Assembly (NCBI GenBank): GCA_045594425.1
Contig: JAZNYK010000006.1
Location: 138,619 to 202,618 of the forward strand
Reading direction: 5' to 3'
From: Clostridia bacterium
GTDB taxonomy: Bacteria; Bacillota; Clostridia; Christensenellales; UBA1242
DNA length: 64,000 nt
Shown: positions 15,630 through 25,839 of the stretch, piece by piece
Position numbering within the stretch: the stretch's first letter is position 1
Layout of the letters: each line of letters begins with the position of its first letter
The notes under the pieces: model-generated
Told to the model about the DNA's origin: nothing
What the model saw: the letters and a program-made list of their open reading frames with translations, nothing else
Databases searched by the model: none
Made by a program: the position numbers and the translations under genes

Positions 15630-16418
15630 TTAAATCTTTTTTAGGATATCTAAAATGTGTGAACTTGCACCCAAAAGTTCTGGTCGTTCGCAAATGCTCA
15701 TTTGGTATTTTTTATAAATCTCAAAATCTTCAGATGAAAGTTTGTTGATGACGGGTCTAATATAATCAGTTGCTCCATCAACTCCAATAATTTTCACTCT
15801 TTCAAGACCTGCATCATCCTTGAGTTTATTGATTTCTTCAATCCTCACATAACTATACAAATCTTCTTTGCCAGTGATAGTTTGAAAAGAATCATCTAAT
15901 TTGCCTTCAGATAACACCTTTTGCAAATTGCCTTCTTTGAACGCATAAGTGATAACAGCATATTCATTCATTAAATACATAATCAAAATATGACCATCTT
16001 TTCTAACAATGCGCTTTGCTTCATTGATAGCCTTAAGTTTATCTTGGTGTGAAAACAAATGATAAGTTGGTCCAAACAAAAGAACAATATCAAAACTTTC
16101 ATCTGCAAGTTTAAGTTTAATTGCATCACCATGCTTTGCAACAACCTTATCAGATTTCATCTTTATCTGACTAACATTCTTTTTAACGTATTCAACAGCC
16201 GTTACATTATGTCCTTCATCAGCAAGAAGAACCGAATATCTGCCCGTGCCTGCTCCAATATCTGCAATATCAAGACCTTTTCTGTCACCAATTATTTCAT
16301 GAATATATTTCATTGCAACAGCAAATTCAACCTGACCGTGTCTTGAAAGCAACCTTTTATCTTCATTAAACTTGTTATAATATTTTTCTAATTCATCCAT
16401 AAACCACCTATAACGCAC
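15630..16418 (-). CDS. Class I SAM-dependent methyltransferase (small-molecule type)
   Basis: 262 aa with SAM-binding motif I (DIADIGAGTGRYSVLLA). Confidence 0.7.
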   Translation of the reverse strand: MRYRWFMDELEKYYNKFNEDKRLLSRHGQVEFAVAMKYIHEIIGDRKGLDIADIGAGTGRYSVLLADEGHNVTAVEYVKKNVSQIKMKSDKVVAKHGDAIKLKLADESFDIVLLFGPTYHLFSHQDKLKAINEAKRIVRKDGHILIMYLMNEYAVITYAFKEGNLQKVLSEGKLDDSFQTITGKEDLYSYVRIEEINKLKDDAGLERVKIIGVDGATDYIRPVINKLSSEDFEIYKKYQMSICERPELLGASSHILDILKKI

Positions 16419-16614
16419 AAATTATAACAAAATTAACAATATATTTCAATAAAACCTAACAACAAATTATTTAAATCCAATATATTATTTAAATAAATAA
16501 TAATAAAATTTTCACCATTCACCCAAATTTATAATCATTATTGACAAATGATTTTCATTTTGATAAAATGTAACCAGATGCGTGACAAATCTATACACAA
16601 AAGGAGATACAATC

Positions 16615-17103
16615 ATGAGCATTATAGATAATTTGTTTCATCATGATGAAATCGAACCTGCAGACCGCAAAGACTATTTGATTGCACTTGTTCAAAAGTT
16701 TAAAGCAGAAAATCGTTTCCGCGAAGTTGACGAGGGCGTGCACGTTGCACAAGGACAATCTTTTGGCTCAAATAAAGAAACTCAACAATCTGTTGACTTT
16801 GTAGCAATTGACATCCCTGCTGACACAACTTATTCTCACTCAAGAGTAAGCAATGAAGGCTTTAAATATGATATTTATTCATTCCTTTCAGGAAGAGAAT
16901 TTGGATACATTGTTTTAGACGGAAAAGATATTGAATATGCAATCACTGGAAATGGCAACAACTTTGAAGAATTCAAAGATAACAAAATTGCAAAAATTCC
17001 AGAATCAAAAACTGTTGGCGGTTTAACATCTTTGGAAGGATTTGCTGAAGCAATCACAGCCATTCGTGAATATCAAAAACAATCTCTTTCACTTGCAAAA
17101 TAG
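16615..17103 (+). CDS. Hypothetical protein
   Basis: ATG 16615 is preceded by AAAGGAG; the GTG extension in the ORF track is unlikely. TTGACA-17-TAAAAT lies upstream. I recognise no motif. Confidence 0.55.
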   Translation: MSIIDNLFHHDEIEPADRKDYLIALVQKFKAENRFREVDEGVHVAQGQSFGSNKETQQSVDFVAIDIPADTTYSHSRVSNEGFKYDIYSFLSGREFGYIVLDGKDIEYAITGNGNNFEEFKDNKIAKIPESKTVGGLTSLEGFAEAITAIREYQKQSLSLAK

Positions 17104-17142
17104 TCAGGTTCAACACGCTAGTTAATTGAAAGCATCAAAAAA

Positions 17143-17173
17143 GAAGTAGATTCTCATCTACTTCATTTTTTTT
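17143..17173. terminator. Bidirectional terminator between convergent genes
   Basis: GAAGTAGAT-tctc-ATCTACTTC, flanked by an A-run and a T-run. Confidence 0.7.
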
Positions 17174-17179
17174 GCGCAA

Positions 17180-17947
17180 TTATTTTTCTTTTTTCTGATT
17201 CTTTTTTGTTTCTTCTAAAAACTCTTTTTCAAATGTCATTTTTCCAAGTTCGTTACAACGATTGCAAAGAACTTTCAAAATATCTTCACGAGTTTTGTGT
17301 GTTTTTAAAAGTTCGGAATATTTAACAGGTTTATCAATCACATAAACCTTGTCTTGTTTTTTGAAATATGTCACGTAAATAGGAACATCAATTCCCTTTT
17401 TATAAAGTGTTTCTGCAAGCAATATGCAACCCGGATGGAATCCTTCAAGTTCAGCCAAATAGCCTTTGCTTGAGTCTTCTGGAAAAATGACAACACTTTC
17501 GCCATTTTTAATAGCATCTTCACTTTCACGAAGTGTTTTTAAAAACCTTGAATCTCTATAAGTCGAAATTAAATTAAATCCACTATAAAACATATTTGTA
17601 AGCGGGCTTGCAAGCAAACAAAACAATCTTGCAAGATGCAAATTCCAATGTTTTTTCTCATGATAATACACTTTTGTTTGATAGGCATACATTTTGCGAA
17701 GTCCTGAATTCATTTCATGAGCACCCCACATACGAAGGGCATCGTTATTATAAATTTCAAGTGACATTGGAGCATCCGTTCCTTCATGGTTGCTCAAAAT
17801 AATTGAACCATATTGAAATTTTTCACCAAGATACACAAATGCAGGTCTTTTATAACGCATTCTCATCATTTGTTTCAAACATTTAAACCATAGTTTTCTT
17901 TTCTTTTTTGGCATTTCCTGAATTTTTTGTTCTTCCATAAAAGTCAT
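17180..17947 (-). CDS. Lysophospholipid (PlsC-family-like) acyltransferase
   Basis: 255 aa with an NHEGTDAP segment and FPEDSS, resembling acyltransferase blocks I and III. The His-Asp spacing is atypical. Confidence 0.45.
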   Translation of the reverse strand: MTFMEEQKIQEMPKKKRKLWFKCLKQMMRMRYKRPAFVYLGEKFQYGSIILSNHEGTDAPMSLEIYNNDALRMWGAHEMNSGLRKMYAYQTKVYYHEKKHWNLHLARLFCLLASPLTNMFYSGFNLISTYRDSRFLKTLRESEDAIKNGESVVIFPEDSSKGYLAELEGFHPGCILLAETLYKKGIDVPIYVTYFKKQDKVYVIDKPVKYSELLKTHKTREDILKVLCNRCNELGKMTFEKEFLEETKKNQKKEK

Positions 17948-18093
17948 CCTTTTGTATTGATATTTCCACCATATTGTAACACAAAATAATAAAATCCTTA
18001 AACAAAAAAATAATAAAGTTAAACAAATTTATCTAACAATTATATTTTGTTACAAGTTTTGCAATGTGTTATACTTGAAAAAAGAGGATTTTT

Positions 18094-18507
18094 ATGGATT
18101 ATCAAATTACGCACAACTTTCCCACTAATCAAGAGTTTAATGAACTATTTGAATCTGTTGGTTGGGGGTCTAGAGATTACAACAAAATAAACCGACACAG
18201 AACGTCTTCTTGTTTTAGCGTTTGTGTTTATTTAAAAAACAAAATTGTTGGCATGGCAAGAGTGGTTGGTGACGGCTCATATTTCACAGTTTATGATGTC
18301 GTGGCAAGAAAAGAACATCAAGGCAGAGGAATCGGCTCTATTTTGATGTCAGAAATCATAAATTGGTATGAGTCCATAAAAGACGATGACACATACTTAT
18401 ATCTCGGCGCAAGCAGTCAAAAAGAGGCTTTCTATGAAAAATTTGGTTTCAAATCAAGACCATATCATGGAATTGGTGCCGGTATGAAATATGACCCAGA
18501 AAAATAA
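18094..18507 (+). CDS. GNAT family N-acetyltransferase
   Basis: 137 aa with acetyl-CoA motif A (HQGRGIGSILM). Confidence 0.75.
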   Translation: MDYQITHNFPTNQEFNELFESVGWGSRDYNKINRHRTSSCFSVCVYLKNKIVGMARVVGDGSYFTVYDVVARKEHQGRGIGSILMSEIINWYESIKDDDTYLYLGASSQKEAFYEKFGFKSRPYHGIGAGMKYDPEK

Positions 18508-18517
18508 GGAAAAATAT

Positions 18518-19003
18518 ATGGAAATAATTGAATTTAACAATTCTTATAAACAAAACGTTAAAAACCTTTTGGTTGAACTGCAAGAGCATATTGTTCAAAT
18601 TGATTGTTTAGGTTTAAATATAATTTCAGACGATTATCCTGAAAAATATTTTGAAAAAACATTAAATGAAACAAGCAATAACAAAGGAAAGATTTTTTTA
18701 GCAAAAAATCAAAACGAAATTATTGGAATGATTGCCTGTTTTGTATACTCTTATAATGAAGACGACAAATTAGATTACGCCTGCCCCACCAAAGGCATCG
18801 TGTCCGAACTTGTTGTGAGTTCAAATAACAGACAATCAGGTGTTGGAAATGCACTTATTTCACACGCTGAAACATACTTAAAAAACATTGGTTGTGAATA
18901 TGTTCAATTAGAACTTTTTTGTGAAAACATTTGCGCAAAAAATTTCTACGCAAAACATGGTTATCAAGAAAGATGTGTAATATTATCAAAAAAACTTAAT
19001 TAA
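18518..19003 (+). CDS. GNAT family N-acetyltransferase
   Basis: The start is at MEIIEF, after AAGGA. It has an RQSGVGNALI motif. Confidence 0.7.
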   Translation: MEIIEFNNSYKQNVKNLLVELQEHIVQIDCLGLNIISDDYPEKYFEKTLNETSNNKGKIFLAKNQNEIIGMIACFVYSYNEDDKLDYACPTKGIVSELVVSSNNRQSGVGNALISHAETYLKNIGCEYVQLELFCENICAKNFYAKHGYQERCVILSKKLN

Positions 19004-19014
19004 AGGAGCCACTT

Positions 19015-19479
19015 ATGAACACTCAAAAACTTATTGATTTATTAATGCAAAAAAATTATAAAATCGCCTCTGCTGAAAGTTGCACTGGTGGTTTGTTTGC
19101 AAGCACAATCATCAGCCACCCAAACACATCATCAATCATAGATTTAAGCATCGTAACATATGCAAACGAAGCAAAAATAAAATATGTTAATGTTAACCCA
19201 AAAACAATTGAAAAACACGGTGTTGTAAGCGAGGAGGTTGCTGGTGAAATGGCAATTGGAATTGCAGAAGCAAGCGGCGCAAACATTGGCGTAAGTTTCT
19301 CTGGAATTGCCGGACCAACTGGTGCCACCGAAACAAAACCTGTTGGCATGGTTTGCATTGGCCTATGCATTAATGGTTCACTTTTTACATATACAAATTA
19401 TTTTAAAGGTGACAGAACTTCTGTTAGAACTCAAAGTGTTGAATTTGCAATAAATAAACTTCTTGAATTATTGCAATAA
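19015..19479 (+). CDS. pncC: CinA C-terminal domain / nicotinamide-nucleotide amidohydrolase PncC-like
   Basis: 154 aa with IASAESCTGG and GIAGPTG motifs. Confidence 0.75.
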   Translation: MNTQKLIDLLMQKNYKIASAESCTGGLFASTIISHPNTSSIIDLSIVTYANEAKIKYVNVNPKTIEKHGVVSEEVAGEMAIGIAEASGANIGVSFSGIAGPTGATETKPVGMVCIGLCINGSLFTYTNYFKGDRTSVRTQSVEFAINKLLELLQ

Positions 19480-19557
19480 TTTCATGCAAAAATGTAAAAT
19501 TTCGAATAAATAAAATAAAAAAATACAAAAAAGCCATAAAATTATGGCTTTTTATTT

Positions 19558-20811
19558 TTAACATCTTCCAACATCTGTATTATCACAAGAACGGTCTTGA
19601 AGTTCTTTTGTTGGATGTTCGGTTAATTGATAACGATAATCTTTTCCATTCTTTTTAATATACTCTTCAATCACCAAATGGCTCGCAACATTATTTTCTG
19701 CCTTATTAACTTGCTTGTTGTATTTTTTAAAATCAGACTTATCAGAAAGGTCTTTTGATTCAATATATCCTTCACGGTCTTTTGTCATATGAATAGTATC
19801 TTTAATAACCTCTCTAATATATTCAATATTTCCATTAAATTTCAAAAGGTCTGGGAAACATCCACCATCTGGGAACAAACACTTCCACTCTTTTCCTTCA
19901 AAACGTTCAAGCAGTTCTGCTGCTTTTTGCAAATGTCCACACTCTTCATAATAGAGTTGCTCATACACCTTTTTTATTTCTGGGTCACGTTCATCCATAT
20001 AACAAGAATAATACAAATAACATTCTGTATATTCATGCATAACCCAATTTTCAAGCCAAGTGCAATTTGTGTCAAGCAAACTGCCATATTCAGAAACGTG
20101 TTGTTCTTCAATCATCGCAATTTCAGCATAAAGTTTTCTTCCAAGTTCTGTTGGATGATGATTTCCAATGTTCATATAATAATTCATTGTTTGTTGTTCA
20201 GCCGCCGTAATTATGTTTGTTGCAAGTTTTGTGAACGGGTCAGCACTTAAATTGCAAATAAACTTATTAATAGAATCTCTTGGGTGTCTGTGCTCTGAAA
20301 TGGTTGGTCTGCCAGGCATGATTTCAGTATATTCTTTAGTAATACCTTGAGCCGAAATACCCTGTTCCATTTCAAGCAAATTCGAATATCGATACAAATG
20401 GTCAAAATCTTCAAGCAAAGCAAAATTCAATGCACTTCTAACATTTTCATCTTCAACGTGTCTTGCAAGTATTGCGGTTAAATCAACCGCTAATTGTTCA
20501 TAAGCAATTGTTGTTTCAAGATTGCTTTCATCAAGAGGTTTTAAACTTGCAATCATTTTTTGTTGTTGCTGCTCATGTCTTCTAACCATTGCAATTTCTC
20601 GTCTTAATTCATTGTTGTTGCAATGCCTTGAAAATTGATGTAAAAACCAGTTTGATTCAAACTCTGTTCCATTCATTAAAATCACCCTAGTTTTAGTGTA
20701 AGGTGACGCCGTGTTTTTATCATAAGGTGTCAAGTTTAACTGTTTCCAATCTTTATATGTTCCGTCTACAGGAACAGCATTTTTCTCTTCAAATGGGTTA
20801 ACTTTTTTCAT
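19558..20811 (-). CDS. Ferritin-like (di-iron carboxylate type) domain protein
   Basis: 417 aa with repeated E-x-x-H elements (MIEEQHVSEYG, YYEECGHLQ). The family assignment is tentative. Confidence 0.4.
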   Translation of the reverse strand: MKKVNPFEEKNAVPVDGTYKDWKQLNLTPYDKNTASPYTKTRVILMNGTEFESNWFLHQFSRHCNNNELRREIAMVRRHEQQQQKMIASLKPLDESNLETTIAYEQLAVDLTAILARHVEDENVRSALNFALLEDFDHLYRYSNLLEMEQGISAQGITKEYTEIMPGRPTISEHRHPRDSINKFICNLSADPFTKLATNIITAAEQQTMNYYMNIGNHHPTELGRKLYAEIAMIEEQHVSEYGSLLDTNCTWLENWVMHEYTECYLYYSCYMDERDPEIKKVYEQLYYEECGHLQKAAELLERFEGKEWKCLFPDGGCFPDLLKFNGNIEYIREVIKDTIHMTKDREGYIESKDLSDKSDFKKYNKQVNKAENNVASHLVIEEYIKKNGKDYRYQLTEHPTKELQDRSCDNTDVGRC

Positions 20812-20917
20812 ACATATCCTCCAAATAGATACTGCCCCAAAAAAACTAAAATTATACCCAAAATATTATTTGCAAAAGAAAAAATGCCATTTTTAGGCAT
20901 TTTTTACATATTTTTTA

Positions 20918-21517
20918 CTAATTTTTTGACTCATCTGCAGTTTTTGATTCTGAAACAGCATCTTCATTTGCAGGCTTTAGTTGATATTTTTGTGATGCTA
21001 TTTGAAGATATAAATATATTCCATTAACAAGAGATTCCAAAATAAGCATCGTTCCCAAATAAATCGAAATCAAAAGTTGAGGCACTGGCGTGTTACATAA
21101 AACTAAAAGTGCAACACCTAGAACAATTTCAAAACCTCCAATAATAATCTTGCTTTTTTGTGTATCCTTTCCCTCTTTTTTTGCTTTGATATTATCATAA
21201 ATTCTGGCGAGCCCCAAAATAACAACTATTACACTTATAACGGAAACAAAAAATGATGGAACAAAGATAAGCAAAACACCAACTGCTACACCACCAATTG
21301 CATGAAGAAGCGACAACGAATCTCTGCCATCCATTGAAAGTATGCAATAACTAATGAGATAAAATATTCCATATCCTAAAACTGCAATGCTTAAAATTGT
21401 TTTAACAATATCGATACCCGATTGCGATAACGCACAAAATAAAATACCAAATATAAATGCACAAACAGAGGCAATCAAAACAACCCACTGTTTTCTGTTT
21501 AAAGTTTTTGTATTCAT
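20918..21517 (-). CDS. Integral membrane protein (about 6 TM segments)
   Basis: The start is at MNTKTL (ATG 21517), after AGGAG. The protein is strongly hydrophobic. Confidence 0.6.
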   Translation of the reverse strand: MNTKTLNRKQWVVLIASVCAFIFGILFCALSQSGIDIVKTILSIAVLGYGIFYLISYCILSMDGRDSLSLLHAIGGVAVGVLLIFVPSFFVSVISVIVVILGLARIYDNIKAKKEGKDTQKSKIIIGGFEIVLGVALLVLCNTPVPQLLISIYLGTMLILESLVNGIYLYLQIASQKYQLKPANEDAVSESKTADESKN

Positions 21518-21576
21518 AAAAATTCTCCTGAATTTATTATACATCAAAAAAACATTAAATCAAACAATTTGTTTCC

Positions 21577-23415
21577 TTATTTAACACCTATTCTATGGTA
21601 ATCGTTCAAGAATATTTTTAAAACATCAATTTGGTCTTGAAGAACCTTTCCGTTATCGGTGTCTTTAACCATCAATCTCTTTTTGTATAACTGAACTTCA
21701 GTGGTTTCTGACTTTAAATCGATTTTTCGTTTAATGGCCTCTCTAGTTTTGCAAAACGGTGCATGAGTTGTAAGATAAAGCCCATGTGAGTTAGACATTA
21801 ATGTATATCCGCCAATACCTGTTCGTTTGTGATAAACTTTTGACAACCCACCATCAATAATTATATGCTTTCCATTTGCACTAACTGGACTCTCACCATC
21901 TTTTACTCTAACAGGCATATGACCATTAATTATGTGTGAATATGGACCACTTGCACCAAATTCTGCTAAAACTTTATCACAAAAGGCTTCATCTTTAACA
22001 AGGTCGTAATATGGATTTTTATTTTCCTTGATTTTTTTGTTAGTCATGTATGTTTCATAGGTTCTCATAACATCTCTTCCAAAAAGAGGAGAATTTTTTC
22101 CACACCATAAAAACCACATAAAATCAATTGAATATTTATCTCTGTTGTTATATGCCGACAATACAACTCTATTGCACTTGTCATAAAGTTCTTTTCCTGA
22201 GTAAAGTTTGTCACCAATTTGAATTTCTGTAAAATTTCCTTTTTTATCACAAGGCACACAGCCATGCATAAGCAAATTATTGTTATAAACCAAATACATA
22301 CTGCCTTGTCTAATTAAAAAACTAATGTGTTCTTTTAATCTTTTGCTTTGCATAAATTCTTGCTTTAAAATTGCAATCAAAGACAACTCTTCTTCTGAAA
22401 GTTCGTCATCTTTCAACAAAATTCTATCATCCATATTCCATTCTGGATGACGGCGTATAATTTTATTTTCAATTTTAAATTGCAAAATTGTTATAGCCTT
22501 ATGCATTTTTGCAAGCAACGGCTCATCATCAAACGGATTTGTGTCATTTTCAAAATCTTTAATTTCAAAATTAGCACAATAATCATCTTTATAGTGTTTT
22601 ATCGCAAAAGTTTCAAGGGCTCGAAGATTTATGCCGTAAGAACTCTCTAGAATTCCAAGATTTTTATATCTGCAATTAATTCTTATAATGTTTGCAATGC
22701 AGGCAGTATTCCCCAAATATGCACCCATCCACAAAACATCGTGATTTCCCCATTGAATATCAAGTGAATGATAAGACATAAGCCTATCCATAATTATATC
22801 AGCACCTTTGCCCCTATCAAAAATATCACCAACAATATGCAAATGGTCAATTGCTAGTCTTTGAATAACTTGACACAATGCAATAACAAAATTGTCACCT
22901 TCGCCAAGTTCAATTATGCTAGACAAGATATTTTCATAATAACTTTCTTTGCTGACTTCTTCAGACATATTGATAAGTTCATCCATAATATAAGCATAGT
23001 CTTGAGGGAGTGCTTTTCTAACCTTGCTTCGGGTGTATTTGCTTGAAATTTCCTTCAACACACGAACCAAATTTAACAAGGTCTTTTTATACCAACCAGT
23101 CATATCTTTTTCAGTTCTAGCAATCAATTTTAGACTTTCTTCTGGATAATAAATAAGTGTTAACAGGTCTTGAATTTCCGCACTTGTCATATAATTTTTA
23201 AATATTGCTTCAAGTTTTAATCTAATCACACCTGACGCATTTTTTAATATATGAATAAATGTGTCTGCTTCCCCATGCAAGTCGCTCAAAAAATGTTCTG
23301 TGCCTTTTGGAAGGTTTAGAATTGCCTGCAAATTTATTATTTCACTAATAACTTGATTAGGTGATTTAAAAAAGTTATTCATTAAATTATTATATTTTTC
23401 TACTTCAACTTCCAC
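21577..23415 (-). CDS. fbp: Fructose-1,6-bisphosphatase, class 3
   Basis: 612 aa. IINLQAILNLPKGTEHFLSDLHGE, GDIFDRG and GNHD metallophosphatase motifs match the Firmicutes class-3 FBPase. Confidence 0.85.
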   Translation of the reverse strand: MEVEVEKYNNLMNNFFKSPNQVISEIINLQAILNLPKGTEHFLSDLHGEADTFIHILKNASGVIRLKLEAIFKNYMTSAEIQDLLTLIYYPEESLKLIARTEKDMTGWYKKTLLNLVRVLKEISSKYTRSKVRKALPQDYAYIMDELINMSEEVSKESYYENILSSIIELGEGDNFVIALCQVIQRLAIDHLHIVGDIFDRGKGADIIMDRLMSYHSLDIQWGNHDVLWMGAYLGNTACIANIIRINCRYKNLGILESSYGINLRALETFAIKHYKDDYCANFEIKDFENDTNPFDDEPLLAKMHKAITILQFKIENKIIRRHPEWNMDDRILLKDDELSEEELSLIAILKQEFMQSKRLKEHISFLIRQGSMYLVYNNNLLMHGCVPCDKKGNFTEIQIGDKLYSGKELYDKCNRVVLSAYNNRDKYSIDFMWFLWCGKNSPLFGRDVMRTYETYMTNKKIKENKNPYYDLVKDEAFCDKVLAEFGASGPYSHIINGHMPVRVKDGESPVSANGKHIIIDGGLSKVYHKRTGIGGYTLMSNSHGLYLTTHAPFCKTREAIKRKIDLKSETTEVQLYKKRLMVKDTDNGKVLQDQIDVLKIFLNDYHRIGVK

Positions 23416-23589
23416 TTAAAATTTTCTCCTAATATAGATTACGCTAAATATTACACCAATTTTAAGCAATTTCGCAACGGAACAAACAACGCTTGCAATA
23501 TCAACTTTTTATAATTCTTATAATATTTTTTTAAGCATAAAAAAAACGAACCATTAAAATTGGTCCGTTTTTATTATTTTTTTGATTTT

Positions 23590-24339
23590 TTATGCTCTTG
23601 CGCAACCATCAACAGACAAAATTTCACCAGTTACATAAGATGCCATATCACTTGCAAGATAAACAAATGCATCAGCAACTTCTTCCGGTTCACCAACTCT
23701 GTTAAGTGGAATTGTCTTTTTAATACCTTCTCTCATTGCTTCAGGAAGATTTGCAACCATATCGGTGTTTGTAACACCAGGTGCAACAGCATTAACTCTA
23801 ATGTTGTCTGGAGCAAGTTCACGAGCAAGAGATTTTGTCATTCCGTTAACAGCAAATTTTGATGTTGGGTAAGCAACGCCTGCTGGTTGACCATAAATTG
23901 AAACCATTGATGATGTGTTAATGATAACACCACCGCCTTGTTGTTTCATGATTGGAGCAACCGCCCTTGAACCATAGAACACTGCATTAACATTAAGAGC
24001 CATAACACTATCAAAATCTTCAGGTTTGTAAGCATAAAGACTTTCTCTTGCAGAAACACCTGCGTTGTTAACAAGAATGTCAACTCTGCCATATTTTTTT
24101 GCAACTTCTTGAATTGCACCTTCAACTTCAGCGTAGTTTGTTAAAGTTGGCCACATTCCAGAAACTTCAAATTTTTTGTTAATTGCTTTAAGTTCTGCAA
24201 CTGCTTTTTCAGCACTTTCTTTTCTCGAACCAAACAAAACAACTTTTGCACCATTTTCAAGATATTTTTGAACAATTGAAAAACCAATACCTCTTGTTCC
24301 ACCGGTTACAATTGCAACCTTTCCTTTTAATAATTCCAT
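23590..24339 (-). CDS. SDR family oxidoreductase (FabG-like)
   Basis: 249 aa with TGGTRGIG, NNAG and YxxxK (YPTSK) motifs. Confidence 0.75.
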   Translation of the reverse strand: MELLKGKVAIVTGGTRGIGFSIVQKYLENGAKVVLFGSRKESAEKAVAELKAINKKFEVSGMWPTLTNYAEVEGAIQEVAKKYGRVDILVNNAGVSARESLYAYKPEDFDSVMALNVNAVFYGSRAVAPIMKQQGGGVIINTSSMVSIYGQPAGVAYPTSKFAVNGMTKSLARELAPDNIRVNAVAPGVTNTDMVANLPEAMREGIKKTIPLNRVGEPEEVADAFVYLASDMASYVTGEILSVDGCARA

Positions 24340-24415
24340 AAAAAACCCTCACTTTTTTGAATATTTTTTATTTTTTGACTATTTTTTGATGTATTTTTTC
24401 TTAATTTTGCAGTTT

Positions 24416-25837
24416 TTATTTTTTCAAATATTCATCAATTGCACTTGCAGCAACCTTTCCGGCACCCATTGCAGAGATAACTGTTGCAGCCCCAGTAACA
24501 GCATCACCACCAGCATAAACACCTTGTTTTGATGTTGCACCAGTTGTTTCTTCTACAATAATGCCACCCCACTTGTTTGTTTCTAAACCTTTGGTTGTTG
24601 CTTTGATGAGTGGATTTGGAGAAGTTCCAATAGCCATGATAACAGTATCAACATCAAGTATAAATTCACTGCCCTTAACTTCAACTGGTCTTCTTCTGCC
24701 ATTTTCATCAGGTTCACCAAGTTCCATTCTGATACATTTCATGCCCTTAACAAACCCATTTTTAGGGTCACGTTTGTCATCAGGGTTGTTGTAACCCAAA
24801 ATTTCAACTGGATTGTTTAAAAGTCTAAAATCAATGCCTTCTTCTTCAGCATGTTCAACTTCTTCTTTTCTTGCTGGAAGTTCATCCATTGAACGTCTAT
24901 ATACAATGTAAACTTTTTCAGCACCAAGTCTAAGGGCTGTTCTAGCAGCATCCATTGCAACATTTCCACCACCAACAACAGCAACTTTTCCACCTTTCAT
25001 GATTGGAGTTGTTGTGTTTGATTCATATGATTTCATAAGGTTTGCTCTAGTTAAAAATTCATTTGCTGAGTAAACACCATTGAGTGATTCACCAGGGATT
25101 CCCATAAATCTTGGAAGCCCTGCACCACTGCCAACAAACACAGCCTTGTAGCCCATTTCAAAAAGTTCATCAATTGTGATTGTTTTTCCGATAACAATGT
25201 TTGTTTCAACTTTAACACCCATTGCTTTTAAACCATCAACTTCTTTTTGAACAATTGCTTTTGGAAGTCTGAATTCTGGAATGCCATAAACAAGCACACC
25301 ACCCGCCTTGTGAAGTGCTTCAAAAATTGTTACTTCATAGCCCTTTTTAGCAAGGTCACCAGCACAAGTAAGCCCAGATGGACCAGAGCCAACAATTGCA
25401 ACTCTTTTGCCATTTTTCTTTTCACATTTTGCAGGTTTGTTTGAATGAGCATTGTGCCAGTCAGCAACGAATCTTTCGAGTCTGCCAATGCCAACAGGTT
25501 CACCTTTTATGCCACGAACACACTTGCTTTCACATTGTGTTTCTTGTGGACAAACTCTTCCACAAACTGCTGGCAAACTTGATGATTTTGAAATAATTTG
25601 ATAAGCCCCTTCAAAATCACCTTCTTTAATTTTTGCAATAAATTCTGGAATATGTATTTTAACTGGGCAACCACTAACGCATGGCATATGCACACAGTTC
25701 AAACATCTTTTTGCTTCGTCAATTGCAACTGCTTCTTCGTAACCAAGAGCAACCTCATCAAAATTGTGTGCTCTCATCTTTGGGTCTTGAACAGGCATTG
25801 CATTTTTTTGATTAGACATATTTGGAAGTTCTGCCAT
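24416..25837 (-). CDS. nfnB: NADPH-dependent glutamate-synthase small-subunit homologue / NfnB-like FAD-FeS oxidoreductase
   Basis: 473 aa. It has N-terminal Cys clusters (CLNCVHMPCVSGCP; CGRVCP...C), GSGPSG and GGGNVAMD dinucleotide folds, and is paired with the NfnA-like gene. Confidence 0.7.
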   Translation of the reverse strand: MAELPNMSNQKNAMPVQDPKMRAHNFDEVALGYEEAVAIDEAKRCLNCVHMPCVSGCPVKIHIPEFIAKIKEGDFEGAYQIISKSSSLPAVCGRVCPQETQCESKCVRGIKGEPVGIGRLERFVADWHNAHSNKPAKCEKKNGKRVAIVGSGPSGLTCAGDLAKKGYEVTIFEALHKAGGVLVYGIPEFRLPKAIVQKEVDGLKAMGVKVETNIVIGKTITIDELFEMGYKAVFVGSGAGLPRFMGIPGESLNGVYSANEFLTRANLMKSYESNTTTPIMKGGKVAVVGGGNVAMDAARTALRLGAEKVYIVYRRSMDELPARKEEVEHAEEEGIDFRLLNNPVEILGYNNPDDKRDPKNGFVKGMKCIRMELGEPDENGRRRPVEVKGSEFILDVDTVIMAIGTSPNPLIKATTKGLETNKWGGIIVEETTGATSKQGVYAGGDAVTGAATVISAMGAGKVAASAIDEYLKK

Positions 25838-25839
25838 TG

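Noticed and set aside
15630-16418. The methyltransferase as a possible modification partner for the island nucleases.
   Set aside because: It is a 262-aa class I small-molecule-type SAM methyltransferase without DNA-MTase motifs (no DPPY/NPPY or PCQ-type blocks). It also lies outside the AT-rich island beyond a terminator.
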